A stretch of DNA of 64,000 nucleotides. Origin: Catajapyx aquilonaris (lineage: Eukaryota). Each line of letters starts with the position of its first letter. Within the stretch, counting starts at the first letter, position 1. Of this stretch, positions 22,509-36,002 are shown piece after piece. A program made the translations under genes and the position numbers. The stretch is from assembly GCA_000934665.2 (NCBI GenBank), contig JYFJ02001088.1, positions 1-64,000 of the forward strand, written 5' to 3'. The notes under the pieces were generated by a model. The model did no database searches. It saw only the letters and a program-made list of their open reading frames with translations, and was not told the DNA's origin.

Positions 22509-25500
22509 CCTGGTCCTTGTCAACTCATATCCTAACTCCCGGGAAGTTGTTAATTAACAAATTCTCAATATGTGTAAAATTATTGCGCACAAAATGTTGG
22601 GTCCATATGTTGAGCATACGGTAGGCATTTTGTTTTCCAGGAGCTCTGCATGAATCCTTTCCGACCCTGACCTTGAGCTTCTTGTAGGGGAGAGGAGGGG
22701 AAGGGGGAAGGGGGCAGACTTTTCAAAGACGACCGGGCCAAAATTAGACTGTATGAGTCAAAACCAGTATACCCGCTGAGTAATTGATTGGATCCAGCAT
22801 GGTCTGGATATTTCTGAGGTGTCTTTTTCGGATTAACGTTAAGTGCTGACATATTTGCCACAGAACAAAGCCAACCCAGATGCTTTGACCATTTAACTGC
22901 CATTTAAACAAATAACAATAATAATTCGTATATCGTACATACCAAACTTTCCTTTTGATTCTTGTGGCGAACTCTTGACGAAAAATACGAATACAGATGA
23001 ACAAATTGTAATTGTTGAATAATTATCCTATATCAATCCTTTCAGAGTGAGAACGCAAACAGAAACCGTACTTCCGAACACATGATGGAACTCATTACAG
23101 TACAGCTGGTATCAACCAGTGGAATTACCGAATTCCCAACGTTCCGTTGTTTGGACAGCACAAACAACTTTTCTCCAGCCTCCGGTTGCCATGTAAACAA
23201 AATCAATTTGGATAGCAAAACAGTTGAATTCTACTATCCGTTTTATCTACTGTCCAGCCATATTTTCATGCGCAAAAGTGACATCGGGAACAAAACTTGA
23301 CTGCACTTCTGTTCGAGTTTTAAAATGTGATGGCGGCGCAAAACTACGTGACCTTGGCGGCTCTCGTCACGACAAGGCCGCCATTCCGCAGTAGGCTATA
23401 CTGTATATTTTGAAGTCGGCTCCAAAATGTCCCTCTGCCTTAACGACACTAAATGTAAAGTTACCGGTAACTTACATAATTTGTTTACATTTTGCATCAA
23501 GTAGGATGTCGTGTAATAGCCCTCTTTACAATGGGCCAATGAATGAAGATGGAGGGAAAAGGGGGAGATGGACTTACTCTCAAGTACCATTCCAGCACCT
23601 ACACAAGAGTGTTTACTGCATTACAATGTACCAAACAAGCAGAAGTGGACATTCGTTACGACCAATAACTATGCATATTACAATGTACGATGAATAATAT
23701 AATTCTTCCAGTACTCTATTACAGTACATCGCGATTCAAAACTCTGGTATCTCTTTTGTCCCTGACAATATCGTTAAAAAGTAGGTGCATTGCTTGCTCT
23801 AATTGATAAACGGCATGTAAAAAGGGAGTGATTTGACGTACAAGTATTTTTTCCCCCTCAAGATCGCTCAATATCTTAAAAAGTTACGATATTTCCTTGT
23901 TACTTCCTTACCAGTTCATCAAATGCTTCGCTATTTGAGTTGATAATAACGTCGAAGGACATTTTTAAATGCAATAAATCAACACATTGCTACAACTCCA
24001 GGCTCCTATTTGGCTCCTATTTGTGTACCGTACCGGATTACACTTTGTTGTATATAGGATAGCATGGTTTTCTCAGCAATCTCAGTACTGTTTGTCAACG
24101 AAAGTTGTACAAAATGTAACTAATAAGGAGAAGCACAAGTTTCCTAATGTTAATCTACAAAAGGATATAACTTCCTTTCTGATATTCTTATGTAAGGGTC
24201 AGACCGCAGACGACATAGATAACAGTAACTTCTATTATGCCACATCTCTCTACACCCCATCGTGACAAAACCAGTGACACTGCAACCTTCCATATCGGTC
24301 ACACTTCATTGTATTCCTCCTTCTGGTGTCGGCTCAGCTCATTCCCACAATGCCTCCAACTCTGACAGCAGAATGACCCCTTTTGTGCCACCCTGTATCA
24401 TTAGTACTGATCGAAATCACAACCCGTAATGAACTCTGTGCCACCCTTTGCTCTCTCACGACATTCGAAGCTTGAGGGCAGTCCATTTTTAGGACACACG
24501 TTTTAATTTTGAATCCCCCCCACCATCTGATGTAAAGGATACCTTTTTGCCGGGTCGGAGACCTGGGGAAAGCAAAAGGCAAAGGCAAGGCAGACCAGGT
24601 AGGGAGAAAAGAGCGGTTTTGATTGATTGAGCAGGCTGTCAATGATAGCGAGGTTCTGAAGACTCGCCGCCGGCCCTGGAGGGGGTTGGTAGGGGTGCAA
24701 TCAACGCATTCCAACCTGGCCCTTTGTGCCGGCTCGGGGAACAACTTGTCCCGCTCCAGCCCCTACAAGAAGAAGAAAGAAAGAAGAAGAAGAGTGGGCC
24801 ACAACCAACGTTTGTTTATTGTTGGTTCAGCAGCCGAGGAGTTGTCTGAGGTGGAAGGAATCGTGTTAGTCTTCATGTCGACCTTTGGCACTGTAGGTCA
24901 ACCGGGGGATCCATGTACAAAAAAGAAAGGTGATGGACGACGTGCAGATCAGTCTTCGTCAGTAGGGAAAAGGTGGCGAGTACGGCACGAGGTCCGTCAA
25001 AATGATTAAGACACTGGTAGCACGAACTATATGGAGAGAGACATACAACCATCATCTAACTGAATGTCATGGAGGAATTCTAAACATATAATAAATCGGA
25101 AAGTTTGTCTGCATGTCCAGGCTACCTAACCCACTTTCGGACTACTGAGAGTGCTGAATTGTGGCTGAAACATGCTGATTAATGCTGTTAGTTATTGAAT
25201 AAACAAATCAGCATAAGTTGTCGAAATTCAGTAAACTTTGACCAGGTGAGTCTGCGCTATTGTAGCCTATACCAAATAAATTGGTATCCCGTCTCGACTG
25301 GTGTGAATAATATTGCATTGTACGGCGACATGAAACTGCTTGCAAGCAGGAAGTGTTACTCCAGTTCACAGTCTCCCGAGATAGCCTTCATTCACATTAC
25401 AGACCTTTCGCAACACGAAAACACTACCGGAGTCGCAAAAGATAGTGTTATCGCAATTGCGCCATTTTGTAATAGGAGTCGCTGATCAGGAAATATTTGC

Positions 25501-28500
25501 GCTGTTTTGCATCCCCATTCATTTATTATAAACTGCAGGTCATACCACAACATACAGAGTGTTGTGTCGCACTACGAAAATTCCTTACACGTCAATCAAA
25601 ATTTGCAATCACGCAAATCTGAATTAGCGGGTGCTAATTGGATTAAATTGGTGCCAGTTTTGAGAGCGTGGGACCCTTATCATTAATCGCTCGCAATTTT
25701 GCTTAATGGATGGTGTGAAGAGTTTATCTCGGACCACCTGAGGGATGAGTTATGCAAGTGTAAGTAAAATCAGTACATAAGGACTCACTTTTTGTGACGA
25801 TTATTTTAGATTTAGTGGTACACTTAAGGGCATGCAACATTTAAACGCTGACTGCTACCCATTCATTTTCTCGCCAGTCATACTCTGTAATTTTATTTTA
25901 GCACGCATCTTTCCTGGGAAACAGATTAGGGCGAGAGGAATAATTTAGAAATACAGTACTTCATCTGCACTAAGCAATTACATTGTTAACGCGGATTCTG
26001 TAAGTGGCATTTATGCTGTTTTTGCTGCTAAACGGGTGGAAAAATTCATTCAACAAATTCTAGTCTTTGTCGGGTGATTCATTGCCGGAAGGTCACAAAA
26101 TATTCGTAAATTTCCACCCAAAAAGTGTTGCAAAATTACATAACGATAATATTGAGTAAAATAACGGACATTTATTGAAAAAAAATATGTAAGTACGCGG
26201 CCAGCAATAATTTATTCCTATTAGGCTCTGACCTGGCCATTTGCATATCTGAAGTACTTTTTCCGTACATATGGCTGATACGTTACCAGAGATTGTGAAA
26301 TAACCGATATACCTGTCGGCGAGCTTTTCCAGTTTTCGACCAGAACCGTTACACGATGTCTTTGTCTGCCGTACTCTATAGAATATGGTTACGGCAGCCA
26401 GATTCTACTTTTTTTCTCTTGTATAATCGTACACGAGGGGAGAAAACAATTCGTAGAAAGAGCCATTTCTGAACTCGTAATTCAGATTAATGCAGTTGGC
26501 TCTCTTGCGCGCCCTTTCTTTTTCACTTCTCCGACTCGCCCATATTTTATAGCTTTGTCTGAGGGCGTGAGAAGAGATGGAGTGTGAAGGTATTCCATTA
26601 CACTCTCAAAAGCCGGTCTAGAAATAAAACCTGCTTCAGGTACAAAATTGTTTCGACTTTTTTCAGTGGGTTTGCAACGGTTTCATAAAATAACGACAAA
26701 ATACTCCACATAGCATTGAATGCTGATTTATGCAACTGCAAATTTATTATTGCATTTCTACACACGTCTGCTGACTCCAATGTGTCAACTGGAGAGCCAG
26801 CTGAAAGAGCGAACGATGTTTTCAACCATCATATTGACTCAAAACACAATAGCTGATGTGGTCCAAACAATTCTCTCATCTGTTATGAATACAATGAAAA
26901 ATGCTTACCATAAATTACAGCAGCCTGCGACTTCTTGCAATTGCAGCCCTGATTGCTATTACGGCATTAAATTCATCCAACGCAAGTCATTCATTTGCTG
27001 TACATTCCTTTCATGTCCATCATATACAATTAAGCCTGAAAGTCTCTTTCTTGCAAGAGGCAGTTTTGTTGCATTTTTCTTCAATATTGCTAACTTGTAT
27101 ATTATGAAGAGACGGATTGAACTTTCCTCCTCATATTCATCACAGTGTAGCTACAGGACAGATTCCACGATCATCAGGCTTCTATTATCCTGCCAAATGC
27201 TGCGGGCTGCATGCGAAGCATTCCAAAGCAGAGTCATCGCCTGTCAATCGTGACCATTTCTATACGTATAGCATCTGCGCAAAGAGATGAGGACACACGT
27301 ACCATCGTGACACTGGAAGATGAATGTCTTCAGGCTGTTGACCACCGTTCTGGCAGTGCAGTCGGTGACAAGAGAGAACGAGACGTATGCAAAGGTGGCT
27401 AATCAGACGAATCTCCAGACAACAGATGGAGATGATACGTGATTACAACAACAACAGGACTCATTGCGTTACTTGGAGGCTGAGGAATTCCAACCAGACC
27501 TTCGGGTTCAGCTCATTACGTCTAAATTAAGTACTTGGGTTGACGATGAATGCATAAAGGTTTTATGGCGACATGAAACGCAACACGACGCAGACACCAG
27601 TTTCCCACAAAAAAAATACTGCCGCGCCCACTAATTTTGACGGCGACTTGCTGCCATGAAATTGTAATTAATATACGTGCATACACCGAATTTAATTTTT
27701 GTAGTATTTTTTAAAAAAACTTTTGCGTGGTGTATCGCCCTGCGTATGTCTCAGTATACCCGTCGGGTTACTGACTGCCTTCAAGGTAAAATAAGCAGCC
27801 CTCACATTTTTACATGGAAGTTAAATTGCTCCGTCGTAAGTGCGGGTTTTACATCCCCATTTCGGTGAGGGTTGAGACTTGTGGAGACGGTTCCTCGGGA
27901 AGGCAAATTAGCAGAGTTCCGGTACGCCCCGCACAAAGGGAAGCATCCCAAGTAACCATAGCAAAGTCGAAGTTTCCTGCGGTCTCCCCCAATCAGAAAT
28001 TGCGATGTCCACCTATTCAAAAAGAAAAGAAAAAAAACGGGTTTTGGCCCACCTGTGTGTATAACTGGGTTGTTAGGCCACTGCCGCTACATCCTTGACC
28101 TTGGATGCTGAGTGGACCAGACGCTTTTTTTTGTACCAAATTTTTTTGTGTTTCTGGAGAACCCCCCTGGCATGTACAAAACATTTTTGCAGCCACCTGT
28201 TCCTCCCCATTTGGGACATATTTCATGCCGATTGGAGTAATTGCTTGGATTTTTCTCTCTCCCCCCGGTGGCTGATTTTTGCAGCGTAGGTACAGGTGAT
28301 TGGCTAGCATCACAACTTTCCAAGGCCGTGGGAGAATTTTCAAGTCAAGACGCTCGTGGCACGGGGCCAACCAAGATACCAGGTTTCCCACCACCCCCTT
28401 CAGGTGAGTGTGGGCGACCTGGCTCCTTCATTGTGTGAGTGCTAATTGCGGCCACGCACGTCAATTTTCTCAATCTGCAATTCAATTGCTGATCCCATGG

Positions 28501-29230
28501 TTACCATCTGAAAAGAGCCCGAGAGTGACAACATGGTACGTTTATCTCAGGTCACATTACGAGTCCCCTGGCCTTTTCCACCCCTTGTGACTAGCATGAT
28601 TTAATCAAGCAACAGGCTATGGTACTGTCACCAGAGTTCAACATATCCGTATTCGGTGGTGAGAGCGTGCAATTAAAAGGGTAAGGTTCAAGTGAGAGTG
28701 ATAATACTCGATTATATGTGTATAACTAGCCGAAAAAAAAGGCTATGCTCCCCAGGAAGTTTCGTATATAATATTTTCGCTCGTTAAATTCCCGAACGGA
28801 TGTGGTCGTAAACATTAACTCTTTCAATGGGAGTCATGAACCACTTTTTTTCGCGAAACATGCCGCACTTTTTTTTTCCACATATGCGTGTGTGCTGTAT
28901 CCGTTTCTTGGTTGATGCATGTTCGCCACATGGTTCAAAGCACTGGCGAAATAGGTCTGACTGAAGGTTTGTTGTGCCGTTCTAGCTATTAGTTATCGTC
29001 GTCCTATCTGCTTGTCATGTGATAGACTCGAAGGCGACTCTCAATTTTTGGTAAAAAGTAAACTGGGTTGCAAAGGTCCAGGCAATAGCTTTCAAGGGAA
29101 CCAAGATGGCCCAATTTCACCAAGGCCTGTTGTATGATACGGTGGACTAAACCACTCGAATTATGACGGTTCATCTCATCAGGTCATGGCATCTTAAGAA
29201 TTTCCCAAAAATCAGGGGTAAATCTTTCTA

Positions 29231-29235
29231 NNNNN
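29231..29235. other. Assembly gap (N run) beside a C homopolymer; a single N also occurs at 56281
   Basis: Literal n characters in the sequence. Confidence 0.99.
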
Positions 29236-32200
29236 CCCCCCCCCCCCCGACCTACGATACCACAAGCAACTCGTGCTTACCGCAAGCACAGGATTCCACA
29301 CTTCAAGAGCTAAGCATTTTGGCCGGTCCTTCCAAAAGCCTCTGGAACTGTCAGACCCATGTCAGGGTCTTGTAGACAGCCCAGAGCACCTTAGATGCTA
29401 ATCGCGGCTAACAATAGGTGGTTTAGAGCTCTTCGAAAAGTAAGTATGAAAAAAAACCCTTTGTCTCTAGGATACAGTTTTGCTTCGGACGAGACGTGCA
29501 AGAAACTGTGGACAATAATTCCGGGAATCACCTTTTTTGTTGTTGTCAGTGCTCCTCTCATTTGTCAATGGCATGTGCCCCCATGGCCCCACGGCATTGA
29601 CTCCATTCCGCCTTTACCATTGCCTTAATCGCCAAACAAACAGCATGCCTTTTCCATTCAAGGAAACGTTAGTCTTGTGCAAACTCTTGAATCGTCAGCA
29701 GGCTCGGAGACAGGTCAAGAAGATGTGTTTGCCAGAGAATGAATGGAACCGGCTATCTCTGAAGAGCTGCTGATACGATATGTACGGACATGCCATAGCT
29801 GCTCATTACCAATGTCTTGCTTCTCCACACACAAAAAGAGCCATGGATTTTGTGAACCCCCCAGACCAGACGGGTTGAGCAAAAAAAAAAAAATGCCTCC
29901 GAAAAAATTATACCAAAGGGGGGCTATCATGGCAGGGCGCATGCTCCTGGTATCTCCCCCGAAATACTATCAGCTTCCTCAGCTTATCTGGAGTCAACAT
30001 GAGCCACACGTCCTTTTGCCTCCTTTGGAAATTTCCGGAGCGCCTTTTTTTTCTATGTGTGCTTCAATTATTGCTGGTGTATGGCACAAAGAGATGGTAC
30101 ATGGGGCGTGGTAAGGGTGGGGAGGATGCGAGGGCGGGTGGGTGGAAGCAAAAACTCAACATCCTTTCTCACACTGAAGGCCTCCAAGGGCGTACGCCAG
30201 CTGGAGAAAAACCGACGTCTAGTCTCCCGAAGACATAGAATGAATGCAATGAATGCCTGCTTTCCCTCTCCTATTTCATTCAGGCACCTGTTTCCTGCAC
30301 ACATTCGGTGTCAAAGCCACCAGCACACACTCTGGAGGTCCACAGAGGCTGTTGGTTCTCAACCCTGACCTTTGCTAGTGGCCAGCAAGGGCAGGGTCGC
30401 ACAATCTAGTTTCCGGGAAACAAACACTTCCTCTCTTCGAAGAAATTTAAACAAAAAAAAGTGCTGCTGCATGGAGATTGTTCTGGAGCTCGAACAGTTG
30501 AGGACTTTTTCTATGCAAATTGGTCTTGACCATATTAGGCATCACAGAGGGCAGACGCTGCGTGGGCAGTCTGACATTTTTCTCTTTGGGTCCCACGGTC
30601 CCTTAGCCAGTGTGCAAAATAGCCGTGAAAGCAGCCAGTCACAGATCCAGCGAGTGGGCGGACCGGAGATGGAATGGACTTTGGTCCGGTTTTATGGATA
30701 TACCCTTCAAAAGTTTGGGCCACTTGCCGACCCCCAGCATCCTGCCAAACATTTGGATTCGGGAAGTTAATCGAGGAAAAAATGTACTCTGTTGCGGGTA
30801 TTCCCCGGGTACATTTCCTGCTGGACGTGATATCAGAGCTCGGTATACTAATTGGCATGTTTGTAAGACGGCCGAAGGCATGTCGTAATGTGGTTTATAG
30901 GGTCCTTGTCGAAATGTTTGCCGGTGCTTTCTCTCTCACACATGGATGGGCCTGTAAGTACACGTGTTCGTGACTTTCTCCTGACAATCTATCCTCGATA
31001 TCGAGGCCCTTATAAATTCCTCTGCACGTAATAAAGGCGCCTGGCGAGACTCGCCATAGTTCGCTTATAGACTCGTGTGTTGTTCCGGATACAACGTTGC
31101 AGCTGCTGAGAGGCATATCAGCTTGAAGGAGTTAAAAAAGACACTCCAAAATTCGCAGGTGAAAGACTTCACCTTTGATCAGGGGGACTTGAATTATCAG
31201 AAGGATTCGCTGACTGTTTGTCGTCTTGATGCACAGGCCATATCGGCGATGATGTCGCCTCTGAGGCTGAAGATCTTGAACAATAATATAATCGGTGTTG
31301 TTGGCAAGCAAACGTATGATTCTCAACGACCTTTTTCTGTTATGAGCGGGCTTTAACAAAGCTGACATATGTCTACAAAATAGACACGTTCAACGAATAT
31401 TTTATTCCATTGAGATGAATAACAGTGTGGCATTAATAAAACAAATACATTTCGAAATCGATTTGGCCATACATTTGCAACCAATCTTTTCAGAGCAAGG
31501 GAAAAATGGATTATCAGCAGGTGATCATTCTTGGCAATATTAATGGCTCCATTCCAAAACTCCGCGAATTTGTATGCATATTTTTGAGTTCTGAATAATT
31601 GCATTTGCAATAGTACAGATGTGAAATGAGGGCAGTTTCTTTCCCAATATCCCAATTGCACTTTTGTAAGTCATTGCATCAAAATATGTGTTTTACTGGC
31701 TTACAACTGTATCTTGTAGTCTATTAGTAGTCAAGGTAAGACGATAACTTACGATGTGAACGTTCTATGTAGCAAATACAAACATAAGTATAAGGCATAG
31801 ACCAACACCTATATTTAGTGTGACGATACATTATATGCAGGTGAAATAATATGATAAACATAAAAGAATGCGACATAAAGAGTGGGATAATACTATCTCA
31901 AAGAAGATTGCAGAAAAAACAACTTAACTGCGGTATCAAACAACTTGCACGAAGTATTCGTTCAACAAAGATGTATCACATTTCAATTAAGTGTCCTCAT
32001 GAATTTGTTATATGTTAATTTATAGATGATAGAGAAACGGCAGTAAACAGTAGAAATAATAACACATAGACACATAATCCTATAAAAATGTAAAATATTA
32101 CGGTTCGCACCAAAAATAGCTTTTTAATTTTCGCCCATATCTGTATAAAATCCATTACAACCGTATATGTAGATGTCAAGTAATTCTCCGCATAATACTG

Positions 32201-35200
32201 ATCATATTTCTCTCACTTTGACGTCACAATAATGAGGAAGTATCCCTGAACCTTCTTTTATCTGAATCCATACGCCTACACCAATTCCTCTACTGACAAG
32301 AACGAGTGATTAAAAATGTGTCCGTAACTGACACCCTGCGTCGATAAAGGTGAATAGCAGCTGCATCACCTACGTATTTTTCGCTCCTCTCAAGTGTTCT
32401 GGATTTGGCGCAACTGGCGGAACACAATGTCATAACATATAGTATCCTGACACACCTGCCGATACAGAGCATGATAGTCGCGTGTCTAGTGTGATTGCTT
32501 TGTTGTGATACTCCAGTTTGAATCGAACCATGTCACACATCCGATTTCAAATATTTTCTGATCATTTGTTGAATTCTGACCATAGTTATCTAATTCCATA
32601 CCAACTATAGGCATTTTATAATCGAGTCTCTCATTATTAGAATGTGTTTTTTCTCCTCCACATCTTGCCAGGCAGTCTGCAGCGGATTCCATCGGAGCTT
32701 TGACTTTCACCGTCAAGGTTGTAGAGGCTGCTTTGCTCTGTTCATTAGCACAGGCAAATAGTAAGGAAAAAAGGGACACTCGCCGCGCTGGAAAAGTACC
32801 TGCACATCTCAAACAACTTTTTTTATTATTATTTTCTTCAGCCCTTTTTTTCTGTAAATTCTCTCTGTGATTTGTGGGCTCAAGCAATTGTCCACTTAGC
32901 ATAATATGTGGTAGAAAGTCCGCCAGCTTATGGCCTGCCTGGGTAAAATGAGCGCTTTGTTTGTAAGGCATCTTATCACATGAGAGGCTGCCAGCCCTAA
33001 TACAGGAAGGCCGAACATTGTCGCCGAAGTAGCCATGAACCGATGTAGTCTGGATCGGAATTCCAAAAACAGAAGATAGCAAATTGTGCCAACTAACTGA
33101 TATGATACATTTCAAACTTTCGTTTACTAAATCCCCACCTTTGCGCAGAGTAAAAGCTGACGGCACCAGACATCTCTTTTGCCAGATTACCTTAGGCGCC
33201 CATTTGTAGGTGCATGTGTAAGGAATCAAGGTTATTAATGTGGTTTTGCTGAATGCACTGGACTATGATGAATGCAGGTGCCTTTTGTTGCTATTCATGT
33301 CTCTCCATGACTGTCATTTTGTGGGTCCTGGGAGGGAAAACTATTACAATGTCGCACCACCCAAGAGGGTTTGTCATACGGATGTAGCTTCGGGCTACCA
33401 CCTAACATCTCTAATAGAATCATTACGAGCGCTATTGTACCCACGAACGTGAATAATTTCACGTTCGTGTAGGCGGGCAACGATAAAGGTGGCAAAAAAA
33501 AAACTAGGATTAAAAAAAGAGATGCCGCTGTCACCGAAACGTGTTACCACTCCAGACATATGCATAACCAAGGAGGTCACACAATAAACTTCCAAGAGAT
33601 CAAGGCCCTCCTGTCACCGATTTCGGTAATCTAGGATCAGAAAGAACCTATTAGTTTTCCAAAGTTAGAGGGTATGTTACCCCATGCATCGGAGGCGTAA
33701 CTTTTAGAGCGTCCAACAGAAAGCGTGACGGCCATTAGTTAACCTTTTCATTAATATTGATAAGGTATATTGGTTTCTTATCTTCAGAATAAGTGGGGGA
33801 AACGGCGTAAATCATTTCGGTCCCCCCTCCTAACATAGTCTCATATGACACACGAAATGCGACCTGGAGGGAAATATCTGGGCAATCAGAGGTAGAATGT
33901 GGCTCTAATAGGACCCACTCTGAATGGCGAATGCTAATTAGTAAGAATAACTTTAGTGTTTTTGACACACGTTTAACGGATTTTGATAAATTGGAAGGAG
34001 GATTATGTTTTGCCTCGTATTTCCTTTAGGTGTCACCAATTACCATGTTTCATAAAAAAGGAAGTGACGTTAGAAAATATCGGTGAAATCGCTGCAATCA
34101 AAAGGGCAGGTCAACGTTATTTGTTTAAATAACATATTGGCACGCGTAATCAAAACAAAGCATTTCTTTCAGCTTTATAAGGTCCAGTAGGTCAAGAGCA
34201 TTTAAGAAAAAAATAGGTCACATCTTGAGGCCATAATGATTACAATACCAACAAAAACCATAACTTATCTGAGGGTATTCGCCTTCCACGTAAAACGATA
34301 CGAAGCACGTTATTTAAACCGTTGAGGTGTAAAAATATGTAATCACTTGCTCTGAATACATTGTGCCACACAAATGATGTTTCTCGTAGTGAATAACATT
34401 GCTCAACATCTCTTTGTGGCGACAACAGTCCCTGCAGAGTATGGTTACGTCTTTTGATACCTCAAATCTTTTGTCCAATGAGTGCTCTAAAGCTTACATA
34501 TACCTTTGTTGGATTTCCCCCCTACCTTTTCCCCCGCACCTGATCCGATGTTTACTCTTGGCACAAATCTGGGAAATAAAAGAAGCTCTGCAATACCGTA
34601 TAATCACAGTTGAAGACATCCGCGCACGCCCACACATCTCCAAATAAAGGAAGAATGGGTTTTCACATAGCATGAATCGTCAGAATATTCTCCACAAATT
34701 CTTAAGAAAAAAAAAATTGCATGCCAAGCCATCAGACTTAGTCCAAATCCACCCTCAAACCCTTTCCAGAATTACTTCTCCCTTCTGTGAACCCTCATCC
34801 CTTGCCCAGATTCCACAGGTGTAATCATCGGATGATTAGGTGTCGGCAGGGAGCAAAAGCAATTTTTTTTAAAGGCGCCTCTCTGTGTGTGGAGAGATGA
34901 AAAGCGGGCTCACCAGTAACACACCTGACCAAGAGATTAATCAAGCGACTTCGCAGGTGACCTTCAGCGAAACCCAAGACAAACGGTACCTCCCAAAAAA
35001 TATACTGTATGTCTGCACCCACCACAAGTGCGAGCCTACTATTGTGCGTAAGACAAAAGGGCTGACCACCCGCAGACAAGCTCAGGGCGGGTTTCTTCGT
35101 GGGTTTTCTGAAGGAACGCAACAACCATCGGGATTTTTCTTACCCCACCGGTACAAACGTGATGGATGTATTATTCCGCCCCTTTAGCCTCTCACTTTGG

Positions 35201-35869
35201 ATTCTTTTCATCCTCCTTTTTATATAACGTAACGCCCTGATATCCGGTGAAAGTTGCAGCATGGACCAATTCCTACAGAGTTGGGGGATAGGACCCCAGA
35301 AATTTTTGTTAATTTGTTGACAGACGATGGCTGGAAGGCAAAGTGGTTTTTACCCTACGATGATGAGAGACCAGTCTAAGGGATGTGCCCAGGGCGTCCA
35401 AGGAGGGAGTTGGAAGGGAGCAGAAAGAACGCGGCCGACTGCGCCTATCGAGTGATAATTGCACCTTTCGGCACCAGCAATTGAAAGGTACATTTCCGAA
35501 GAAACAATTGGCCTTCGAGAGTGGTCAAGTGTTTCCGTTAAAAAAAAAATTGGGAGGATGATAATTTGTTGAGGGTTTGGGTGGGGCAAGAGGTGGCTTG
35601 GGGCAGGTCAGTAGAGGTGTATATTGCGAAAATTGAGGAGAAAAACTGGAGTTGCGCAATATGATAAGAACTATCAAGAAAGTATGGGCGATTGTACTGT
35701 ATACAATGTAAATTGTGCACTTGAGTTTAGTTTAGTGACACTAATTGCATAACTTACAAACTAAGCTCGTGCATAACTTGCAATGCAGGGCTGGCCAATA
35801 GGAAATAAATTCAGTGCACATTTAAGTCCACAATCTGACCTTAAATCCTCCATAAATCCACACAAATCC

Positions 35870-36002
35870 TTATGCCCGATTGCAACAACGAAATTACCGA
35901 TTCGATTGCTCCTAACATATCGTTAGCACACGTTAAAAGGGCTCCTAACGATCCATTAGGAGCTATCGGATCGGTAATTTCGGTTGGTGCAATCGGGCAT
36001 AA
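35870..36002. mobile_element. Palindromic MITE, PIF/Harbinger-like
   Basis: TIRs TGCCCGATTGCA...TGCAATCGGGCA with imperfect arms of about 55 bp, flanked by TTA and TAA (TWA-type target). Confidence 0.75.

Noticed and set aside
32486..33229. Longest intergenic ORF (247 aa, minus strand)
   Set aside because: Non-ATG start, no recognisable domain, crosses homopolymer runs and has no splice support.
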